Below, piece after piece: positions 26,713-36,933 of a DNA stretch of 64,000 nucleotides. Source of the stretch: Burkholderiaceae bacterium. GTDB taxonomy: Bacteria > Pseudomonadota > Gammaproteobacteria > Burkholderiales > Burkholderiaceae_A. The DNA is taken from assembly GCA_049426285.1 (NCBI GenBank), contig JBMSYB010000004.1, positions 3,800-67,799 of the forward strand, in the 5' to 3' direction. How positions within the stretch are numbered: the stretch's first letter is position 1; each line of letters opens with the position of its first letter. Made by a program: the position numbers and the translations under genes. Under the pieces are notes generated by a model. That model had not been told where the DNA came from. It searched no databases and saw only the letters and a program-made list of their open reading frames with translations.

Positions 26713-27676
26713 TCGCGTTGAAGATCATAATGAGAACCGCGGTAACCGTAAGCCCCACGCCGAATTCGATGAGCAGAATGCCAAGGTACTGACCGGCAAG
26801 CGGGTCGGTGGCAAGCACACTGTAGTTCAGGAAGTTGCCGCCCTTAAAGAAGGCGACCAGCCCCACACCGCTGTAGATGGTTGCCCCTAGGGCGGCGAGC
26901 CGAAGCATAACCCCCTGGGGCATTGCTCTGGCAGACTTGTCTGCGCCTTCTAAAATGCCATAGAGCATTACGGCCGCTGCAAACAGCGCCCCCGCGGAGA
27001 AGCCGCCGCCTGGTGTGTACTTTCCGTGAAACTGCACTACGAGCGCAAAGAGCATGAGCACTGGGATAAGTAGCTTGCCGACCACCCGTAGCACGGCATG
27101 GTGCTGTATACCACGCACCCTTTGGGCTAAGGAACTGCCGCGTAGCATGGACTTCGACTGGGGACGAAACCCCAGAACCGAGATAACCCCGATGCCTGCG
27201 GTAAAGACCACGATGACCTCACCCAGGGTGTCATAGCCCCGAAAGGACGCCAGAATCGCGGTGACGATATTGGGTATGTCGATGAGCTTAGGCGTTTCAG
27301 ACAGATACCAGGGGGCCACATGCTGATGCACTGGCGCGGTGAAGTCTCCGAGCAAGGGCTGCTCAAAGCTGACGATGACTAGCACGATGCCGAGCACGGA
27401 CATCACGATGATCGGCAGCCAGCGAAATTTCTCTTTGACATGCTCATGCTCAGCAGTGAGTGCCAACGCGCCGAGGAACAACACGGTAGATACCCCTGCG
27501 CCCACCGCCGCCTCGGTGATGGCGACGTCGGGGGCATCGAGAATAAAAAAATTTGCGGCCATCATGAGGCTGAAAATACCCAGCCAGACGCTGGATTCAA
27601 ACAGGTTGCGGCTGTTCACGGCAAGGACAGCTGATATGGCCACAAAGGCAAGGGTGAAGAATCCTAGAAAGGTCAT
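26690..27676 (-). CDS. mrpB: Na+/H+ antiporter subunit B (DUF4040 plus MnhB fused)
   Basis: LDAPDVAITEAAVGAG, NIVTAILASFRGYDTLGE, TPGGGFSAG, IEFGVG. Confidence 0.88.
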   Translation of the reverse strand: MTFLGFFTLAFVAISAVLAVNSRNLFESSVWLGIFSLMMAANFFILDAPDVAITEAAVGAGVSTVLFLGALALTAEHEHVKEKFRWLPIIVMSVLGIVLVIVSFEQPLLGDFTAPVHQHVAPWYLSETPKLIDIPNIVTAILASFRGYDTLGEVIVVFTAGIGVISVLGFRPQSKSMLRGSSLAQRVRGIQHHAVLRVVGKLLIPVLMLFALVVQFHGKYTPGGGFSAGALFAAAVMLYGILEGADKSARAMPQGVMLRLAALGATIYSGVGLVAFFKGGNFLNYSVLATDPLAGQYLGILLIEFGVGLTVTAVLIMIFNAIANRDSY

Positions 27677-28002
27677 TGCTGCGGCGCCTTTGGATTTTGT
27701 GGGCCAAGAACAGGCTTAAGCCCCGAGGCTCGAGCCGTATTGGCCAGGGCATAGCCGCTGATTGGCGAGGTAAAGAGCAGAAACACCAGGATTGCGAAGA
27801 GCTTGAAGGTTGCCAACTGGCCTCCTGAGTGCAGCATGAGGCCAGCAATAAGGAGCAGCGAGCCCAGGGTTTCGGTAACGCTGGCGGCATGCAACCGGGT
27901 GTAAAGGTCGGGCATACGTAGGGCGCCAATGCCGCCCACCAGCACGAAGAACGCCCCCGCACCCAGACAGACCCATGTGGCTATGTCATAGGCTAGGCTC
28001 AT
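27673..28002 (-). CDS. mrpG: Na+/H+ antiporter subunit G
   Basis: GALRMPDLYTRLHAAS and TSPISGYALA. Confidence 0.9.
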   Translation of the reverse strand: MSLAYDIATWVCLGAGAFFVLVGGIGALRMPDLYTRLHAASVTETLGSLLLIAGLMLHSGGQLATFKLFAILVFLLFTSPISGYALANTARASGLKPVLGPQNPKAPQQ

Positions 28003-28289
28003 GGGGTTTCCTTTTGGCCTGACTCTTGATTGCGCCGCAGTTCCCGAATTTGCACGAACTGCAGCACCGCGAGAATACCGATGAAGTTGATTAAGGCGTA
28101 GGCCAAGGCCAGATCGATAAAGTCAGGACGGCCAAAGAGCAGGGCCACCAGCGCCAGAAGTAAAACGGTTTTTGTGCCAAACATATTGACAGCCAGCACC
28201 CGGTCGTAGACCGTTGGGCCCAGAATCCCCCGGGCAAGGGCCAGGACCATGGTGACCAGGATGGCAAAGCCAGCCACGGCAAGCATCAT
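27999..28289 (-). CDS. mrpF: Na+/H+ antiporter subunit F
   Basis: GPTVYDRVLA and DLALAYALINF. Confidence 0.9.
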   Translation of the reverse strand: MMLAVAGFAILVTMVLALARGILGPTVYDRVLAVNMFGTKTVLLLALVALLFGRPDFIDLALAYALINFIGILAVLQFVQIRELRRNQESGQKETP

Positions 28290-28798
28290 GCTGCTCCCCC
28301 TTTTGCGGTACTGCGATAACGTTCAATACGCGCGACGCGGTCATTCATGTCGGAGTTGGCCGTGCCCTCGGCCCCGGCCTGGGTAAGCGCGTGCACGGAG
28401 ATCACCCCATGCTCATCGATATCGGTGGTAAGTGTGCCGGGGGTGAGGGTGATGGAGTTGCCCAAGATCACCCGGCCCACCTGGGACCGGGCCTTGGACT
28501 GTACCTGGATTAGAGTGGGGCTGATAGGCAGCGAGGGCGAAAGAATGATTCGGGAAACCTGGAGGCTTGAGACCACGATTTCTTTTAAGAGCCAGCCCCA
28601 GTAGGGAAGGATTCCTAGCGTGAGGCCCGTAGGAATGGATTCTTCGTCTACGGTGTCAAGATGACGAACGAGCCAGACAACAAACAGGCAGGAGGCTAGG
28701 CCAAGACCCAGGATAATGGGCTTATAGAGCCCCGACCAGAGTAGCCAGAGGCCCGCAAGAAAGAAAAACAACAATAGGCTTTTTTGATTTTTTGTCAT
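28286..28798 (-). CDS. mrpE: Na+/H+ antiporter subunit E
   Basis: NSITLTPGTLT and VHAL. First gene of the operon. Confidence 0.9.
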   Translation of the reverse strand: MTKNQKSLLLFFFLAGLWLLWSGLYKPIILGLGLASCLFVVWLVRHLDTVDEESIPTGLTLGILPYWGWLLKEIVVSSLQVSRIILSPSLPISPTLIQVQSKARSQVGRVILGNSITLTPGTLTTDIDEHGVISVHALTQAGAEGTANSDMNDRVARIERYRSTAKGGAA

Positions 28799-28839
28799 AA
28801 ATCAGACAACCAGTTGGACCTGAATTGTAAACTAGCCCT

Positions 28840-29646
28840 ATGCATATCCACCTTGCATCTGATCTGCACCTTGAGCTTCTGCATAAGCGTTTTCCGGATT
28901 TTGTGCGCGTTGATCGGTTGTATTCCCCTTGGGCTGACGTGCTTGTTCTGGCCGGCGACATTCACAAAGAGACCGAGACTATTAAGGCCTTCGGTCGCTG
29001 GCCTCATCCGGTTTTGTACGTTCTAGGTAATCACGAGTTCTATGACCATACCATCGCCCAGACCATTGCTGGCATTAAAAAGGCAGCTCAGAACACCGCA
29101 GTAATCCTGCTTGACCGTGATGAGTTCGTTTACCTGGGGGTGCGGTTTCTGGGGTGCACCCTATGGACCAACTATCTGTTGTCGGGCGAGTCGCGCCAGC
29201 GCGCCGCGATGATGGCCTGCGAGGCCCGCCTAGCAGACCACCGCAAGATTATGGGGATTACCTCCCCCGGCGAGAAGTTCACGGCCGCGCGGGCCTTGGA
29301 ACTACACCAGAGAGACCACGACTGGCTTGAGGCCAAGCTCAATACACCTTTCGACGGCCCTACCGTGGTGATTACCCATCATGGCCCGCACCCGGGCAGC
29401 GTGCATCCCCGGTTTCGGGACGATCCTTGTAATGCGGGGTTTATCTCCGATCTCACGCCTCTGGTATCCAAGGCCACGGTATGGATTCATGGCCATATCC
29501 ACGATAGTTTTGACTATCAGGTGGGGGGCTGTCGAGTCATTTCAAACCCAGGAAGCTACGCCGCCGGGGTGCCCAAGGCCAAGACGCCTGCCGACCTGGT
29601 CTGGGAGAATCCTTTGTTTGACCCGCAAAAGGTGGTTGAGGTCTGA
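28840..29646 (+). CDS. Calcineurin-like metallophosphoesterase
   Basis: SDLHLE, LAGDI, GNHEFY, THHGP, HGHIH. Confidence 0.9.
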   Translation: MHIHLASDLHLELLHKRFPDFVRVDRLYSPWADVLVLAGDIHKETETIKAFGRWPHPVLYVLGNHEFYDHTIAQTIAGIKKAAQNTAVILLDRDEFVYLGVRFLGCTLWTNYLLSGESRQRAAMMACEARLADHRKIMGITSPGEKFTAARALELHQRDHDWLEAKLNTPFDGPTVVITHHGPHPGSVHPRFRDDPCNAGFISDLTPLVSKATVWIHGHIHDSFDYQVGGCRVISNPGSYAAGVPKAKTPADLVWENPLFDPQKVVEV

Positions 29647-29669
29647 GACAATTGGGGTTAGGTCATTCT

Positions 29670-29754
29670 GCCCGGATGACGAAATCGGTAGACGTACGGG
29701 ACTTAAAATCCCGGGCCGCAAGGCGTGCGGGTTCGATTCCCGCTCCGGGCACCA
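29670..29754 (+). tRNA. tRNA-Leu (TAA)
   Basis: GCCCGGATGACGAAATCGGTAGACGTACGGGACTTAAAATCCCGGGCCGCAAGGCGTGCGGGTTCGATTCCCGCTCCGGGCACCA: anticodon TAA, long variable arm, encoded CCA. Confidence 0.96.
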
Positions 29755-29767
29755 GACTTTTTCGTCG

Positions 29768-30013
29768 TTAAGAAGCGGTCTCTTCCCGGCAGGCGGTGGC
29801 CAAGAACGAGATCTGGTCATGGATGTCTGCAATAACAGGATAGGCCACCGAAGAGGCGGGAAGCGGGTGCCCTGTCTCGGCTTAAGGGGTCAGCAGCGAT
29901 GAAAGATGCTCGGTGCGCTCAGCGATTTTTTCTGCACCAATGTAACGGGCAGCCCCCTTTAAGTTGTGCAGTCGGCGCATGACTGTCCGGTAGTCTTGCT
30001 GCATTAGCCGCAT
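29768..30013 (-). pseudogene. Hpt (histidine phosphotransfer) domain ORF with an in-frame TAA at 29882-29884
   Basis: MRLMQQDYRTVMRRLHNLKGAARYIGAEKIAERTEHLSSLLTP* contains the HxLKGxxxxxGA motif. The frame stays open for 37 more codons (AETGHPLPASSVAYPVIADIHDQISFLATACREETAS*). Not in the ORF track. Confidence 0.65.
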
Positions 30014-30030
30014 GGCAGCGGGGCCGCCGA

Positions 30031-30390
30031 CTACTGTGGCACCTGCTGACCAAGCTGTGCCGCAAGGCCAATCAGGTTGGTGCAGCGCGCGCCGCTTCGG
30101 CAGTAGGCAAGAATGGGGGTGGGCAGGCTGTTGATCAAAGCCCCCATCTCTAGCGCCTGCTCTGGGGTGTGGCCGGTGGAGCCTACAGGATGGTAGGCGA
30201 AGGCCAGACCCATGGCCTTGGCCGCGTCGCTGATTTCAGACTGGCTTGGCTGCATCGGGCCATCTTCACCGTCTGGGCGATTGCAGATCACCGACTTGAA
30301 CCCCGCCTCCTGGGCGGCCGGAATATCCGACGCGGAGATCTGGGGACATACGGCGATTTTGGGCGTAAGCCAACGAACCTCAAGTGTCAT
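30031..30390 (-). CDS. TIGR01244/DUF442 family sulfurtransferase (stand-alone)
   Basis: GFKSVICNRPDGE and ILAYCRSGARC catalytic loop. Confidence 0.87.
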   Translation of the reverse strand: MTLEVRWLTPKIAVCPQISASDIPAAQEAGFKSVICNRPDGEDGPMQPSQSEISDAAKAMGLAFAYHPVGSTGHTPEQALEMGALINSLPTPILAYCRSGARCTNLIGLAAQLGQQVPQ

Positions 30391-30441
30391 AGCTGTGATT
30401 CTCCCTTGCTGAGTATTTTGTTTACTTCTGTTTATTGTGTT

Positions 30442-30822
30442 TCACGAGACCGATGATACTTTGGCGCGTGTCTTTGCGGCCTCTGGCCTGGCATCGGGGC
30501 GATGGGGTATGGGGCAGAACAGGGCATAAAGAGTCATAAGCAAGGCCTCTACCTGCTGATTGCACAGGCGGTAATAGATCTGCTTTCCGTCGCGGCGCGT
30601 TTCCACTACCTGCTCATTGCGCAATACTCCCAGCTGCTGCGATAAGGTTGGCTGCCGGATACCCGTGAGGTCTTCGAGGGCGCTGACATTTTGTTCGCCT
30701 TGGGTAAGCTGGCACAAGAGCATTAACCGGTCTTCGTTGGCCAAGAGCCGCAGCAGACCTGAGGCCTGGGCGGCGGCAGAGCGCAGATCGGTAAGGTTTA
30801 CAGAAGAGGGCGCAACAGGCAT
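30442..30822 (-). CDS. ArsR/SmtB family repressor, BigR/SqrR-like (two Cys)
   Basis: LANEDRLMLLCQL...RQPTLSQQLGVLR...V.TRRDGKQIYYRL...LYALFC. The Cys positions match the BigR/SqrR pair. Confidence 0.85.
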   Translation of the reverse strand: MPVAPSSVNLTDLRSAAAQASGLLRLLANEDRLMLLCQLTQGEQNVSALEDLTGIRQPTLSQQLGVLRNEQVVETRRDGKQIYYRLCNQQVEALLMTLYALFCPIPHRPDARPEAAKTRAKVSSVS

Positions 30823-30846
30823 GCGCTTATTATATAAAAAAATAAA

Positions 30847-31806
30847 CTATCTTGGGTGTGCCGCAAGGGCCCCGGCCGTGAGGCCACGAAACTGCGGAAA
30901 CATTTCATCAATAAGCGCATTGGCCCGTTCGAGCATGAAATAGCGAAAGGCCTCCGCCGCCAGCGACAGCGTGCGGTTACTCAGGTTGACCACATGCCAG
31001 AGACGCATTACTGGCGTTTTTTCCACCCGCAGGACCTTGAGCACACCATGATGACTTTCAAGGCCGATGGTGTGTAGCGATACAAACGATATTCCCAGGC
31101 CCGCCATTACCGCCTGCTTAATCGTCTCGTTGCTCGACATCTCCAGGGTCGAGAGGGGCCGAAAACGGTGGTCTTCAAAGAAAGACTCCATGACCGCACG
31201 GGTTCCAGAGCCTTCTTCGCGTACAAGTATTTCTTGCTGGTCGAGCTGCTTGACCCCAATCTGCGGTTCCTGCACCAGGGGATGGTCAGGGGCGGCAATA
31301 AAGGCATGGGGGTGCGGTGCGAATACCTCGGCGCGGGTATCAAGGTCTTTGGGCGGGCGGCCCATAATGGCCAGGTCAATGTCGCCATCGCGGAGCAGGG
31401 CTCCCAACTGATCCCGGTTACGCACCTGAATAACGACCTGGATTCCGGGGTGTTCTCGCCGAAAGACGGCAAGAAGCCGGGGCACCAGATACTTTGCGGT
31501 GCTGACCAGTCCGATAGTGAGCTGACCGGTCTCCACGCCTTTGAGCTTACTCATCATGTCTTCTGCCTCACGCAGGGACGCGAGCACCCGACGCGCATAG
31601 ACGAGAAAGTACTCGCCCGCGCTTGTGAGCGACACGCCCCGGCCCTTCTTGGCAAAGAGCGTTATCCCGAGGTCTTCTTCCAGGTCGCGCATCTGCATGG
31701 ACACGGCCGGTGCGGTGAGGTGCATCTCATCGGCGGCCTTGGCAAAACTCGACTGTCGTGCCGCTGAGACGAAGATACGCAACTGTCGTAGCGATAGGTT
31801 CCGCAT
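30847..31806 (-). CDS. cbbR: LysR-type regulator of the Calvin cycle operon
   Basis: LysR HTH (SFAKAADEMHLTAPAVSMQ), STAKY, REEGSGTR, SSNETIKQAVMAGLG. Divergent from cbbL. Confidence 0.94.
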   Translation of the reverse strand: MRNLSLRQLRIFVSAARQSSFAKAADEMHLTAPAVSMQMRDLEEDLGITLFAKKGRGVSLTSAGEYFLVYARRVLASLREAEDMMSKLKGVETGQLTIGLVSTAKYLVPRLLAVFRREHPGIQVVIQVRNRDQLGALLRDGDIDLAIMGRPPKDLDTRAEVFAPHPHAFIAAPDHPLVQEPQIGVKQLDQQEILVREEGSGTRAVMESFFEDHRFRPLSTLEMSSNETIKQAVMAGLGISFVSLHTIGLESHHGVLKVLRVEKTPVMRLWHVVNLSNRTLSLAAEAFRYFMLERANALIDEMFPQFRGLTAGALAAHPR

Positions 31807-31842
31807 GGGTCTCCTCCCATACCAGTGGTGATTGGCGCTTTG

Positions 31843-31909
31843 ATAAGCGCTACTTATTTTTTATTTAACTAAATGTGACTTTACCTTACCCGTATTGTCT
31901 TCATAGACT
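31843..31909 (+). promoter_or_regulatory. CbbR binding sites and cbbL promoter
   Basis: ATAAG-cgcta-CTTAT palindrome (31843-31857, fits TNA-N7-TNA), a second TTA..TGA half-site pair (31865-31878), and TTTACC (31880-31885)-N18-TAGACT (31904-31909). Confidence 0.65.
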
Positions 31910-31926
31910 GACGACTGGCGTGTTAA

Positions 31927-33435
<1,509 letters not shown>

Positions 33436-33491
33436 GGTGCGGCGAATTGCGACAGAGGCACGGTAGCGAACACCATTAAAGGAGTCTTCAA

Positions 33492-33908
33492 ATGCGTATT
33501 ACCCAAGGACAGTTTTCTTTCTTACCCGACCTCACCGATGAAGAGATTCGCCTTCAGGTGGACTACGCCATTGGTCGTGGCTGGGCCCTTTCGGTGGAAT
33601 GGACCGATGACCCGCATCCCCGTAACACCTACTGGAACATGTGGGGGATCCCGATGTTCGAGATCAAAGATGGGGCGGCGGTGCTCTACGAGGTGAATGC
33701 CTGTCGTAAGGCCAATGCCAATTGCTATATCAAGGTGAATGCCTTTGACAACACGCGGGGCACCGAGTCGCAGGTGATGAGCTTTATCGTGCATCGGCCC
33801 GGGCACGAGCCAGGCTTTGGGCTTGCACGGCAGGAAGCCGGAGGCCGCAATCTGCGCTATACCACCCATTCGTATGCCACTGACAAGCCGTCCGGAGAGC
33901 GGTACTAG
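33492..33908 (+). CDS. cbbS: RuBisCO small subunit (red-type)
   Basis: [25 protein letters not shown]-terminal beta-hairpin extension RYT.HSYA. Confidence 0.96.
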   Translation: MRITQGQFSFLPDLTDEEIRLQVDYAIGRGWALSVEWTDDPHPRNTYWNMWGIPMFEIKDGAAVLYEVNACRKANANCYIKVNAFDNTRGTESQVMSFIVHRPGHEPGFGLARQEAGGRNLRYTTHSYATDKPSGERY

Positions 33909-33935
33909 TTTTTGGTGTCAAGCGAAAGGGAGCCC

Positions 33936-34844
33936 ATGACACAAGCTGCCAACACCGTTGACCTTCAGGCTATTCTGCAAGAGGCCCATGTCATTGAGGT
34001 GCTCGATGAACTCGATCGTGAGCTTGTGGGCTTAAAGCCCGTGAAGCAGCGTATTCGCGAGACGGCGGCCTTTCTGGTGGTGTCTAAGGCGCGGGCCCAG
34101 TTGGGGCTGGAGGCGGCAACCCCATCGTTACACATGTGCTTTACCGGTAATCCCGGTACGGGCAAGACCACGGTGGCTATGAAGATGGCCGCTATATTGC
34201 ATCGCCTGGGCTATGTGCGTAAGGGGCATGTGGTGAGCGTCACCCGCGATGACCTGGTGGGCCAGTACATTGGCCATACCGCCCCGAAGACCAAAGAAAT
34301 GCTGAAGAAAGCCATGGGTGGGGTTCTGTTTATTGATGAGGCGTACTATCTGTATCGGCCTGAAAACGAGCGGGACTATGGCCAAGAGGCCATCGAGATC
34401 TTGCTACAGGTAATGGAGAACAACCGCGACGACCTGGTGGTGATTCTTGCCGGCTATAAGCAACGCATGGATACGTTTTTTAAGAGCAACCCCGGTATGA
34501 GCTCTCGAATCGCCCACCACATTAATTTCCCCGATTATTCCGATGCCGAGTTACTGTCGATTGCCAAGACCATGGTGGGCCAGATGCACTACACGCTCGA
34601 TGCCGAAGCACAGGCCGCGATGGCCGAGTACATTGCGCTTCGCAAGACTCAGCCGCACTTCGCCAATGCGCGGTCGGTGCGCAATGCCCTGGATCGGGCC
34701 CGGCTGCGTCAGGCCAATCGGGTGTTTGAGGCAGCCACACGGGGCGGCGCTGCGGTCAACGCCGATTTCCTCTCGGTAATCTCAGCGCAAGATATTCGGG
34801 CCTCGCGTGTGTTTTCTGGGGGCTTGCAGGACCAGGGGGCCTAG
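33936..34844 (+). CDS. cbbX: Red-type RuBisCO activase
   Basis: [59 protein letters not shown]. Start at ATG 33936 with GGGAG RBS. Confidence 0.95.
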   Translation: MTQAANTVDLQAILQEAHVIEVLDELDRELVGLKPVKQRIRETAAFLVVSKARAQLGLEAATPSLHMCFTGNPGTGKTTVAMKMAAILHRLGYVRKGHVVSVTRDDLVGQYIGHTAPKTKEMLKKAMGGVLFIDEAYYLYRPENERDYGQEAIEILLQVMENNRDDLVVILAGYKQRMDTFFKSNPGMSSRIAHHINFPDYSDAELLSIAKTMVGQMHYTLDAEAQAAMAEYIALRKTQPHFANARSVRNALDRARLRQANRVFEAATRGGAAVNADFLSVISAQDIRASRVFSGGLQDQGA

Positions 34845-34893
34845 GGCTTACGAAGGCTTCGAGAACGAATTTTTATCTTTAGGGAGACTAGTT

Positions 34894-35961
34894 ATGCACC
34901 TTGGACGCACGACCCTATCAAAGTTTCTGATTCAGCAGCTCAAGGGCAGTGACCAGCAGGCCGCGCTTGCTGCCCTGTTGGTCGATATTGCGGCAGCGGT
35001 TAAGGCGATTTCAAGCATGACCGCCAAGGGTGCGCTTGCCGGCGTCTTGGGCAGCCTCGAGTCGCAGAATGTGCAGGGCGAAACCCAGAAAAAGCTCGAT
35101 GTATTGTCGGATAAAGCGTTTATCAACACCTTTCATCTGGGTGGTCTGGTGGCGGGTATGGCCTCCGAAGAAAACGACCACCCGATTGTCTTTGATGACT
35201 TAGAGGCCCCGGGTGCCTTCCTTGCGGTATTCGACCCGTTGGATGGCTCCTCGAATATCGATGTGAATGTATCGGTGGGGTCGATTTTTTCGATTCTGAA
35301 GGCCCCTGAGGGGCGCTTGCCTGAGCCACAGGATTTTCTGCGTCCTGGGAAGGACCAGCTTGCTGCGGGCTATGCGGTCTACGGCCCATCCACCATGCTG
35401 GTATTAACCGTGGGCCAGGGCACCCATGGATTTACGCTCGACCGTGAGGTGGGCAATTTCATTCTCACCCATCCCAATATTCAGATTCCGGTCCAGACCA
35501 GTGAGTTTGCCATTAACACCAGCAATGAGCGGTTCTGGGAGCCGCCGGTGCTGCGGTATATCGAGGAGTGTAAGGCGGGCAAGACCGGGCCTCGGGGGCG
35601 AGACTTCAATATGCGCTGGATTGCCAGCATGGTGGCCGACGTGCATCGCATTCTGATGCGTGGCGGGGTGTTTATGTATCCCAGAGACACGAAGGATCCG
35701 TCCAAGCCCGGGCGTCTGCGCCTGATGTACGAGGCCAATCCCATGTCTCTGGTGGTGGAACAGGCGGGGGGCAAGGCATCCACCGGCCGCGGGCGGATCT
35801 TGGAGGTTCAGCCCGATCAGATTCACCAGCGTGTGCCTGTGATTCTGGGCTCCTCTGAAGAGGTCGACCGCATCGCGGGCTACCACGAAGCCTTCGACAA
35901 AGGGGAAGACAAGGCCTTTAGCTCTCCGCTGTTTAAGGAGCGGTCGTTGTACCAGGCCTGA
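34894..35961 (+). CDS. cbbF: Class 1 fructose-1,6-bisphosphatase / SBPase
   Basis: [47 protein letters not shown]. Start at ATG 34894. Confidence 0.94.
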   Translation: MHLGRTTLSKFLIQQLKGSDQQAALAALLVDIAAAVKAISSMTAKGALAGVLGSLESQNVQGETQKKLDVLSDKAFINTFHLGGLVAGMASEENDHPIVFDDLEAPGAFLAVFDPLDGSSNIDVNVSVGSIFSILKAPEGRLPEPQDFLRPGKDQLAAGYAVYGPSTMLVLTVGQGTHGFTLDREVGNFILTHPNIQIPVQTSEFAINTSNERFWEPPVLRYIEECKAGKTGPRGRDFNMRWIASMVADVHRILMRGGVFMYPRDTKDPSKPGRLRLMYEANPMSLVVEQAGGKASTGRGRILEVQPDQIHQRVPVILGSSEEVDRIAGYHEAFDKGEDKAFSSPLFKERSLYQA

Positions 35962-36057
35962 CCCTGCTTGTCTGATCTGAGTCTGGCGCTCTTTGCGAGG
36001 CGGGGTTGTACGCCCGGTAGCGCTCTTTGAAAAAATCGCATGTGAAAAGGTAATGCT

Positions 36058-36933
36058 ATGTCTGTGAAGCACCCCATTGTGGCAATTACGGGCTCATCCG
36101 GAGCGGGTACCACCACCGTGATGAGCAGCTTCAGGCATATCTTCCGGCGTGAGGGCATTGCGGCGCAGATCGTCGAGGGGGATTCGTTTCATCGCTATAA
36201 CCGCATGGAGATGCGCGTGGCCATGAAAGACGCAGAGACCAAGGGCAATCGGCACTTTAGCCACTTCGGCCCTGAGGCCAACCTGTTATCTGAACTCGAG
36301 CAACTCTTCAAAGGCTATGGTGAGACTGGTGAGGGAAAGGTGCGGCGTTATCTGCACGATGCCGAGGAGGCGGCGCCGTATAAGCAAGACCCGGGTACCT
36401 TTATTGACTGGCAGCCTGTTCCTAGCAATACCGACCTAATGTTCTACGAGGGGCTGCATGGGGGCTATGCCGATGCCACGGTTGATGTGGCCCGATATGT
36501 CGATCTGTTGGTGGGCGTGGTACCGATTGTGAACCTGGAATGGATTCAAAAGCTGCATCGCGACCAGAAGATGCGCGGCTATTCGCAAGAGGCTGTGGTC
36601 GACACCATACTGCGGCGCATGCCCGATTACATCAACCACATCATGCCGCAGTTCTCGCGCACCCATGTCAACTTTCAGCGGGTGCCTACGGTAGATACCT
36701 CCAACCCTTTTATTGCCAAAGATATACCGTCGCCCGATGAGTCTCTGGTGGTGATTCGGTTTACCAATCCGAAGGGCATCGACTTTCCCTATCTGTTGTC
36801 GATGCTGCACGACTCGATGATGACCCGGCCCAACACCCTGGTGATTCCTGGCGGCAAGATGGGCCTTGCCATGCAGCTGATCTTTACGCCGATGATTCTG
36901 CGGCTCATGGACCGCAAGCGCAGGGGACAGTGA
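36058..36933 (+). CDS. cbbP: Phosphoribulokinase
   Basis: MSVKHPIVAITGSSGAGTT, EGDSFHRY, YEGLHG, WIQKLHRD, FQRVPTVDTSNPF. Confidence 0.96.
   Translation: MSVKHPIVAITGSSGAGTTTVMSSFRHIFRREGIAAQIVEGDSFHRYNRMEMRVAMKDAETKGNRHFSHFGPEANLLSELEQLFKGYGETGEGKVRRYLHDAEEAAPYKQDPGTFIDWQPVPSNTDLMFYEGLHGGYADATVDVARYVDLLVGVVPIVNLEWIQKLHRDQKMRGYSQEAVVDTILRRMPDYINHIMPQFSRTHVNFQRVPTVDTSNPFIAKDIPSPDESLVVIRFTNPKGIDFPYLLSMLHDSMMTRPNTLVIPGGKMGLAMQLIFTPMILRLMDRKRRGQ

Noticed and set aside
29782-29884. Selenocysteine/pyrrolysine recoding, or 6S/SRP RNA identity, for the hairpin
   Set aside because: The stop is UAA, not UGA or UAG, and the stem lacks the SRP loop and the length and central bubble of 6S RNA.
29381-29902. 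ORFs 29381-29902 (+) and 29542-29832 (-)
   Set aside because: They cross tRNA-Leu and the metallophosphoesterase end and have no recognisable features.
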